Assembly: GCA_051008975.1 (NCBI GenBank)
Contig: JBPCXA010000144.1
Span: 1 to 46,325 of the forward strand
Length of the DNA: 46,325 nt
Direction: 5' to 3'
From: Gammaproteobacteria bacterium
GTDB taxonomy: Bacteria; Pseudomonadota; Gammaproteobacteria; Tethybacterales; Persebacteraceae
A program made the translations under genes and the position numbers. Below, piece by piece: positions 40,525 to 46,325 of this stretch. Positions within the stretch are counted from its first letter, which is position 1, and every line of letters starts with the position of its first letter. Below the pieces are notes generated by a model. It did not search any database, was not told where the DNA came from, and was given only the letters and a program-made list of their open reading frames with translations.

Positions 40525-40827
40525 ATGGCGACGCTGACCGAGCTTTATGATCTTGCCAACAACAACCAGGGTCTGCTGCCCAAGGTCGTGAGTGCCGGTG
40601 TCATCAAGTCGGAGAGCATTCTCGGCGAGGTGACGCCCGGCGCCAACCGCCTGCAGTGGGCGATCGATACGCTCGATAAGCCCGGCAGCCGGGGCAACTG
40701 TCTGCTGAACTACATCTTGGCCGCCAACTCCTCGGCCACTGTGCAGCAGATCGTTGACGCTTTGGATCCATCGATTCAAGCCAACGTCGATGCGGCAATA
40801 GACGCCATCGTGCCAAGTGGTGCCTGA
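40525..40827 (+). CDS. Hypothetical virion-module protein (100 aa)
   Basis: GGGAGA RBS. TGATG coupling to the next gene. Confidence 0.55.
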   Translation: MATLTELYDLANNNQGLLPKVVSAGVIKSESILGEVTPGANRLQWAIDTLDKPGSRGNCLLNYILAANSSATVQQIVDALDPSIQANVDAAIDAIVPSGA

Positions 40828-41348
40828 TGGCCACGGGCGATGTCGATCTCCGGTGGGCGACGGATGTCGATCTCACGCTCGATGTTTCGACAGGCCCGCT
40901 TGCCAGCGATGCCAACTTGCTGGCCGGACGCGAGAGCACGGTGGTCGTTTCCTCGTCGCAGAGCTTCGTGGAAGATTTTCTGTTGTCGGGTCAGTTCACG
41001 ACAGGCACCGGTCCGACTGCTGACAGAGTTATAGAGGTTTGGGCTTACGCGCAGATCAGGGACACGCCGGTCTATCCCGACGTGCTCGACGGTACGGACA
41101 GCAACGAGACGATCACGTCGACCGGTATCAAGAATGCGGCTCTGAAATTAGTCGCTGTTCTCCCGACGGACGGCACGAACGACCGGGCCTATCTTTTCGG
41201 TCCGGTCTCGGTCGCCAGCCTGTTCGGCGGTATATTGCCCGAGCGGTGGGGCGTGTTCGTCGTCCACAACACCGGGGTCGCCTTCAATTCCACGGCTGGC
41301 AACCACTTCGTTGCCGCTGCACCGGTCTATAGCAACATAGCGGCCTGA
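40827..41348 (+). CDS. Hypothetical beta-rich virion-module protein (173 aa)
   Basis: TGATG coupling. Confidence 0.55.
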   Translation: MATGDVDLRWATDVDLTLDVSTGPLASDANLLAGRESTVVVSSSQSFVEDFLLSGQFTTGTGPTADRVIEVWAYAQIRDTPVYPDVLDGTDSNETITSTGIKNAALKLVAVLPTDGTNDRAYLFGPVSVASLFGGILPERWGVFVVHNTGVAFNSTAGNHFVAAAPVYSNIAA

Positions 41349-41349
41349 C

Positions 41350-43053
41350 ATGCGGCATCGGCGGCGTCACTTCAGGGCCCGCAATCACCCGCCGCTTTGG
41401 CCGATCCAGGTTAATCGTTCAAGCCCGCAGGCCCAAGGTCTCAGGTATTGGTGGCCGTTCATTCAGCAGGCCGAGGGCAGAACCGTCCGCGAGATGGTCC
41501 GCGGCAGCCACGGGACCATGGACGCCTCGATGGACACGGATTCCTGGGTCCGCAATACCTATAACGGCCGCGCGATTGATTTCGATGGAACGTCAGGTGA
41601 CGAGATCAACATTCCAGACGAGGACGGTCTCTCCCTGCCGGCGACCGGTTGCAGCGTTGTTCTCTGGTTCGAGAAGCCGTCCTGGGTCAGTGGTGACGGG
41701 TTTCTCGGGAAATGGAACAACTCGGCCCGCGAATGGCTTATTTGGACCGGCGGCACGGCGAACGAGGTCGAGTTCGGCCGCTACGTCGGTGCCACGGGGC
41801 ACTTCGCCACCGTAACGAATTCGGGCTTCTACAACGATACGCCGACGTTGGCCGTCGGGCGCACGAACGGCGCGGGTCAATTGCAAATCGCCGCCTGGAA
41901 CGCCGCCCTCGGCTTGCAGACCGCCACGGGGTCAACTCAGAGCTGGACCACCAGCGGATTTGAGGATCTGGTCATCGGCAACTATCGGGCGGGCGCGGCC
42001 CGCAACGTTGCGGCAAAGATCTGGGATGTCAGGATATACGACCGCTACCTGGCGGACGCGGATGTTATGGATATCGTCGACTATCCAAGCAATCTTGCCT
42101 GGAAGCCGCGCCGCGTGCTCTATTTCCCGGCTCCGGCCGCCGGAGGTGTCGTGACGTTCGCCGCCGGTCTCGACGGTAGCGCCGATCTCTCCGCCGATCT
42201 CGGCCTGGTCGCCGGTTTCGGCTCGGCCTTGAACGCCAACGCGACGCTGGCGCCCGATCTCGGCATGACCGCCAGCCTGGTTTCGAGCTTCAATGGCAGC
42301 GCCGATCTCGTTTCCTCGATCTCCCCTTTGCGCGGGTTGGTGGCCGGTCTCGTTGGCAGCGCCGACATGGCGGCCGATATCGGGCGGGTACGCGGTCTGA
42401 TCGCCGCCTTCGCGGGTGATGCAACTCTGGCGCCGGATCTCAGTCTGATAGCGAGCTTCCTTGCCACATTCAACGGCAGCGCCGATCTGGCCGCCGAGCT
42501 GGGTCGCTTGCGGGGCCTAGTCGCGGGGTTCAGCGCGAGCGCCGATCTGGTGGCCGACATCGAGATCGTCGCTGGCATCGTCGAATTGGCGATCACCCTG
42601 GCCGCCGCCGCCACCTTGGCGGCCGACGTGAGTCCCCTGCGCGGCTTCGATGTCGGTTTTCAGGGCGACGCCGGCTTGATAGCCGACATGAGTCCCCTGC
42701 GCGGTCTCGCCAGTGCCCTTCAGGGCGACGCCACACTGGCGCCGGATCTCAGCTTGGTCGCCAGCCTTACGGCGGCACTCGCCGGGAGCGCGACATTGAG
42801 CGCCGATATTACACCCTTGCGCGGTCTCGTCGCCGATCTCCAGGCCGGTGCAGTCATGACCGGCGATCTCAAGCGCCTTCGCGGGTTCGAAGCCGCGCTG
42901 CAGGGTGATGCCGATCTCGCCGCGCAGCTTAACGCGACTTTCGATCTCGCCGCGGCCCTGCTTGGCCAGGCCGTCTTCTCGGCAACGCTCTCCCTTGTGG
43001 ACGAACCGCCGGAAGGATCGTACATTCCGACTTTCAGACCGCGGAGACGTTAG
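41350..43053 (+). CDS. LamG/concanavalin-like domain protein with a long degenerate-repeat C-terminal shaft (567 aa); probable fibre/receptor-binding protein
   Basis: N-terminal half: AIDFDG.....I.........S...WF......G..FLGKW........G....V..........LVIGN........KIWDVRIYDR.L (Laminin_G_3-like). C-terminal half: about 14 copies of a 16-24-aa motif. Confidence 0.6.
   Translation: MRHRRRHFRARNHPPLWPIQVNRSSPQAQGLRYWWPFIQQAEGRTVREMVRGSHGTMDASMDTDSWVRNTYNGRAIDFDGTSGDEINIPDEDGLSLPATGCSVVLWFEKPSWVSGDGFLGKWNNSAREWLIWTGGTANEVEFGRYVGATGHFATVTNSGFYNDTPTLAVGRTNGAGQLQIAAWNAALGLQTATGSTQSWTTSGFEDLVIGNYRAGAARNVAAKIWDVRIYDRYLADADVMDIVDYPSNLAWKPRRVLYFPAPAAGGVVTFAAGLDGSADLSADLGLVAGFGSALNANATLAPDLGMTASLVSSFNGSADLVSSISPLRGLVAGLVGSADMAADIGRVRGLIAAFAGDATLAPDLSLIASFLATFNGSADLAAELGRLRGLVAGFSASADLVADIEIVAGIVELAITLAAAATLAADVSPLRGFDVGFQGDAGLIADMSPLRGLASALQGDATLAPDLSLVASLTAALAGSATLSADITPLRGLVADLQAGAVMTGDLKRLRGFEAALQGDADLAAQLNATFDLAAALLGQAVFSATLSLVDEPPEGSYIPTFRPRRR
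42150..42995 (+). repeat. Degenerate in-frame coding repeats (16/20/24-aa units) in the LamG protein
   Basis: Motif [AG].[FL].G[SD]A.L.[AP]D[LI]..(PLRG)[LF][VI] occurs about 14 times. A clear 60-nt duplication lies at about 42620..42740, and CTGGCGCCGGATCTCAG occurs at 42427 and 42736. Confidence 0.8.
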
Positions 43054-44865
43054 ATGCCCGAGCCTCTCGCCAGGGTCAATCTCGATCAGCCGGCGGATCC
43101 GGCTGTGCGCGAGGCCGAGCTGGCCAAGTTCGGCGGCAAGCAGTTCCTGATCAACCTGCTCGACGGCTACCGCAACGAGGCCGAGAACGATCGCAAGACC
43201 GGAGCCAACGCCCGCGATCAGGTCTGGGAGCAGAATTGGGATCTCTACTGGGGCCGCATCGCCGGTTACGAGGACAAGGCCTCATGGCAGTCTAAAGAGG
43301 TCATGCCGGAGCCGCAGCAGTTGATCCACAGATGGACCGGTTCGCTACTCGAAGCGCTGAATCAGCCGGGCAACTTCTTCACGGTCAAGGACGAGGGCGA
43401 CAAGGAAGACGATCTGACGCCGCACATCATGAAGTTCATGAAGCTGCTGCTGTCGGAATGCGGGCGCACCAGCGAAGGCTATCCGACCTCGATGACGCCG
43501 GTCCTCGAAGAGTGTTTCCTGTCCGGCGCGATCACCAGCCTGGCTTCATCGGTCACCTGGAAGCAAGGCCTGCTCGGCGGCTACGTCGCGTTCGATGCTG
43601 AGGATGCTCGCCAGTTGTGGCTCGATCCGAAGCGTCGCGGCATGTACCGCTTCCTGCGCTACCGGATCGACAAGCACGAGCTGGCCGCGATGGCGACCAA
43701 CCCAGAGATCTGGGATGTCGAGGAGATCAAGCTGCTGCAGGACGGCGGCGACAACGGAGTGACATTGGAACGTGAGCGCTCCAGCGGTCATACCCAGCAA
43801 GGCCGCGAATCGAAGCGCAAGGAGATCATCATCGATGAGTTCCTGGCGACCTTGATCAACGAGAACGGCGAGCTGGTCGCGCATAACCAGCTCTGCGTCG
43901 TCGCCAACGACCGTTTCCTGATTCGCGGGCCCGAGAAGAATCCCTTCGAGCATGGTCGCGACTGGGTCGTATCGGCACCGATGGTGCCGGTTCCCTTCAG
44001 CCCCTATGGCCGCTCCTACATGGAGAACTGGTCGTCGGTCGCGCGCACGTTCATTCATCTGACCAATCTCGTGGTCGACGGTGTCTTCACCACGGCGATG
44101 AAGTCGTTCGCGGTCAAGCCGGCTCTACTGGAGGACCCTGACGAGATCGAAGAAGGGATGCACCCGAACAAGCTTTGGCAGCTGCTCGACGATGCCGACG
44201 TTGATGAATTCATGAAGGAAATCGACCTCGGGCGGCTCGATCGCGTGGCGCTCGATGCCTGGACCGCATTCAAGAACGAGGTGCGCGAGGGCGGCATGCT
44301 GTCGGAGTTGAACCTCGGTCAGATACCGCCCAAGGGCGATATCACGGCGACCGAGATCACCGAGGTCCAGCAGGGCTCGACATCGGCGGTGCGCTCCATG
44401 GCGCGCTCGATCGAGACCCGCTTCATGGAGCCGAACCTGACCTTGATGTGGCACACCGGTTTGCAGCATTTCAACTTTGCCGATCCGCGGGTCATTCGTG
44501 ATCTGGGTGAGGACACCGCGCGCATGCTTGGCGCGCACGCCGAGGAATTTTCTAAACGGGTGATCCGCTTTCGGGTCACGGGCATCAGCGAGATCATCGA
44601 GCGCGGCCTCAAGCTGCGCCGGCTAATGAACTTTCTGGCGGTCATCTCGCAGAACGAGCAGCTGTTCCAGCAGTTCGTCGAGAAGTTCGATGTCGGCAAG
44701 CTGTTCGATCACATGGTTCGGCTGTTCGGCATCGATGTCGAGGCCTTGAAGCCGACCGAGCGCGAGCGGTTACTGCGTGCGGCCGGCGCCAACGGTATAT
44801 CGGCGGTCGGTCCGGCAGGTACGCCGGCCGCCGGCAACCTGCAGCAGGATACCGCATTACAATGA
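43054..44865 (+). CDS. Portal protein
   Basis: 603 aa. Starts immediately after the upstream stop. Lies just upstream of the scaffold and capsid genes. Confidence 0.7.
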   Translation: MPEPLARVNLDQPADPAVREAELAKFGGKQFLINLLDGYRNEAENDRKTGANARDQVWEQNWDLYWGRIAGYEDKASWQSKEVMPEPQQLIHRWTGSLLEALNQPGNFFTVKDEGDKEDDLTPHIMKFMKLLLSECGRTSEGYPTSMTPVLEECFLSGAITSLASSVTWKQGLLGGYVAFDAEDARQLWLDPKRRGMYRFLRYRIDKHELAAMATNPEIWDVEEIKLLQDGGDNGVTLERERSSGHTQQGRESKRKEIIIDEFLATLINENGELVAHNQLCVVANDRFLIRGPEKNPFEHGRDWVVSAPMVPVPFSPYGRSYMENWSSVARTFIHLTNLVVDGVFTTAMKSFAVKPALLEDPDEIEEGMHPNKLWQLLDDADVDEFMKEIDLGRLDRVALDAWTAFKNEVREGGMLSELNLGQIPPKGDITATEITEVQQGSTSAVRSMARSIETRFMEPNLTLMWHTGLQHFNFADPRVIRDLGEDTARMLGAHAEEFSKRVIRFRVTGISEIIERGLKLRRLMNFLAVISQNEQLFQQFVEKFDVGKLFDHMVRLFGIDVEALKPTERERLLRAAGANGISAVGPAGTPAAGNLQQDTALQ

Positions 44866-45164
44866 CCCAGGCGGAAAAAAAGCTGGCGCGCAATCTCGAC
44901 GCTGCCGCGCAAGGCCGGCGTGCCGGCAGCGCGCTCGAATTGATCGAGGAGGTGCTGACCGAGCAGCAGATGACGATCATCGCCCGCATTTCGGAGGCTT
45001 ACAAAACCGGCACCATCACGCCTGACAAGGCGCTCGCGTTCTGCGCCGATCTCGCCGCTGTGGACAGGTTGCGCCGCGATCTCTCAAGAATTGCCCAGCA
45101 TGGCGTCGCCGCCTCCAGGCGGGTACATGGAAAAACGTTGACTGGCAACGGCGAACATGCCTAA
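44862..45164 (+). CDS. Hypothetical head-module protein (100 aa)
   Basis: ATGA coupling to the portal gene. Confidence 0.55.
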   Translation: MTQAEKKLARNLDAAAQGRRAGSALELIEEVLTEQQMTIIARISEAYKTGTITPDKALAFCADLAAVDRLRRDLSRIAQHGVAASRRVHGKTLTGNGEHA

Positions 45165-45175
45165 ATCCTGGACCC

Positions 45176-45952
45176 ATGGATAGCCCGCACGATCGACCCG
45201 ACACGGCCTTTCCGCCGATCGGCACGGCGAAACAGCCCGATGATCCGCCGGCCGATAGTGTCGAGGCAAAGCTTGCCGCTTCCCAGTCTGATCTCGCCGC
45301 GACCCAGAAACGTATCGCCGAGCTTGAAGCGCGCGACCAGGAGCGGACCCGGACCATCGATCGGTTGATTCAGCGCGAGCCGTCGAGTCCAGCGGAGCCG
45401 TTGCCGCCACAGGACTCTTTGCCAGAATTGCCGAATATCACCGAAGATCCGAAGGGTTACGCCGAGGCTCTCCAGACGCGAGTCGCCAATGCCGTATCAT
45501 CGACTTTGGAGGAAGAGGGTCGCGAGGCGGACGCCAAGCGCCAACGTGAAGACGGCGTTACCAATCTTTGGAAATCCTTCGCGCAGCGTTATCCGGCGTT
45601 GGCCAAGGATAGTTTGATCGTGAAGGCGGTCGCCAACGAGGAATTCGGCGACATGCGGGCGGCCGGCTTCAATGATCCGATCGGCTCCGCGATCAAATCG
45701 CCGGACAGCTTTCTCGACAAGATTGCGGCCAAGACACGGGCGGCTTACGAAGAGCGCAACATTCCGATCACTGAGGAGCCTGGCACTCCGAATCCATCGC
45801 AACCTACGCAGCGTACCGTTGGCGTTGGTGGCGGGCGCAGCGGCAATTCTCCAGCATCAGTCGCGACGCCGCCCAACGATGGTTCGACCATGCCTGAAGG
45901 TTCGTTCATCAAGGATCTGGCGAAGCTTCAGGTGGAATCTGGATTTTACTAG
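45176..45952 (+). CDS. Scaffolding protein candidate (258 aa)
   Basis: Pro/Glu/Ala-rich helical protein directly upstream of the capsid gene. Confidence 0.55.
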   Translation: MDSPHDRPDTAFPPIGTAKQPDDPPADSVEAKLAASQSDLAATQKRIAELEARDQERTRTIDRLIQREPSSPAEPLPPQDSLPELPNITEDPKGYAEALQTRVANAVSSTLEEEGREADAKRQREDGVTNLWKSFAQRYPALAKDSLIVKAVANEEFGDMRAAGFNDPIGSAIKSPDSFLDKIAAKTRAAYEERNIPITEEPGTPNPSQPTQRTVGVGGGRSGNSPASVATPPNDGSTMPEGSFIKDLAKLQVESGFY

Positions 45953-45963
45953 GGAGTTTCGTC

Positions 45964-46325
45964 ATGGTCTGGCTCTGGGATGCACCGGCTGGGGTCTACA
46001 AGGACCACGCACTATCCTCCAATATCCGGCGGCAGGCGGCGGCCGATTCACAGTTCATGCGCTTCGTGAGGCCCGAGCCCGGGTATGGCCGCGGCAAGGG
46101 CCAGTCGATCACCATCACGCGTTACAGCCAGCTGCCCCTGGCGACCCGGGTCAACGAGGCCGACCGCCTGCCTACGGGACGGCCTTTGGTCGATACCAAG
46201 TCGATCACGGTCGGTGAGTGGGGCTTCCTGATTGAGACGACCAAGTTCGAGGAAGATCTCTCAGCCGAGGACCAGACCAACCAGTTCCAGCAGATGCTGC
46301 GCGATCAGATGCGTCTGACGATGGA
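45964..46325 (+). CDS. Major capsid protein, N-terminal part (continues at position 128 of the circle, i.e. 1..692 of this window)
   Basis: AGGGAG lies 7 nt before ATG 45964. The ORF runs off the window end with no stop. The last 127 nt duplicate 1..127. Confidence 0.75.
   Translation, partial: MVWLWDAPAGVYKDHALSSNIRRQAAADSQFMRFVRPEPGYGRGKGQSITITRYSQLPLATRVNEADRLPTGRPLVDTKSITVGEWGFLIETTKFEEDLSAEDQTNQFQQMLRDQMRLTM
46199..46325. repeat. Terminal overlap copy B (identical to 1..127)
   Basis: As for copy A. The length of 127 equals a common assembler k-mer size. Confidence 0.95.

Noticed and set aside
42427-42752. Near-identical nucleotide segments inside the LamG gene considered as a diversity-generating-retroelement TR/VR pair
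   Set aside because: No reverse transcriptase gene is present anywhere. Differences are not adenine-specific. The copies are in-frame members of a longer protein repeat series.
1-46325. Searched by eye for tRNA/tmRNA genes, CRISPR arrays, integrase or recombinase, transposase, reverse transcriptase, toxin-antitoxin pairs and known defence-system ATPases or nucleases
   Set aside because: None were recognised. Absence claims are limited to motif recognition without search tools and should be confirmed with tRNAscan-SE, HMM profile searches and DefenseFinder/PADLOC-type scans.

Overview
The window is a complete tailed-phage genome. Bases 1..127 are identical to 46199..46325, so the sequence closes into a 46,198-bp circle, and the major capsid gene spans the junction. 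The genome looks GC-rich by eye and gene-dense. Nearly all genes are on the + strand and many are joined by ATGA or TGATG start/stop overlaps.

Modules:
- 45.2 kb through the junction to 12.6 kb: scaffold, capsid, adaptor/tail, a collar-domain fibre, a 798-aa tail-tube-B-like protein and three large internal-virion-like proteins. The layout is podovirus-like.
- 12.6-23.5 kb: replication module with a VRR-NUC nuclease, SNF2 helicase, XRE HTH, primase-polymerase and a UvrD-like helicase.
- 23.7-27.2 kb: about 12 tiny ORFs, many of them zinc ribbons.
- 26.6-29.5 kb: eight consecutive exported or membrane proteins, including a five-gene reverse-strand cassette controlled from a repeat-bearing divergent promoter region.
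- 29.2-32.4 kb: operon with a DUF932 protein and a pentapeptide-repeat protein.
- 32.4-33.7 kb: terminator-insulated four-gene operon with a palindromic operator, reiterated leader boxes, acidic small proteins and a terminal HTH. This is my best candidate for an undescribed anti-defence (acr-aca-like) system.
- 33.7-34.3 kb: the only large non-coding region, with an AT-rich iteron block.
- 34.3-45.2 kb: terS, C5-methyltransferase, terL, a fibre/LamG cluster and the portal.

I recognised no DNA polymerase, integrase, classical repressor, endolysin, tRNA or CRISPR array. All functional calls rest on motif recognition by eye and gene position; no database search was possible.
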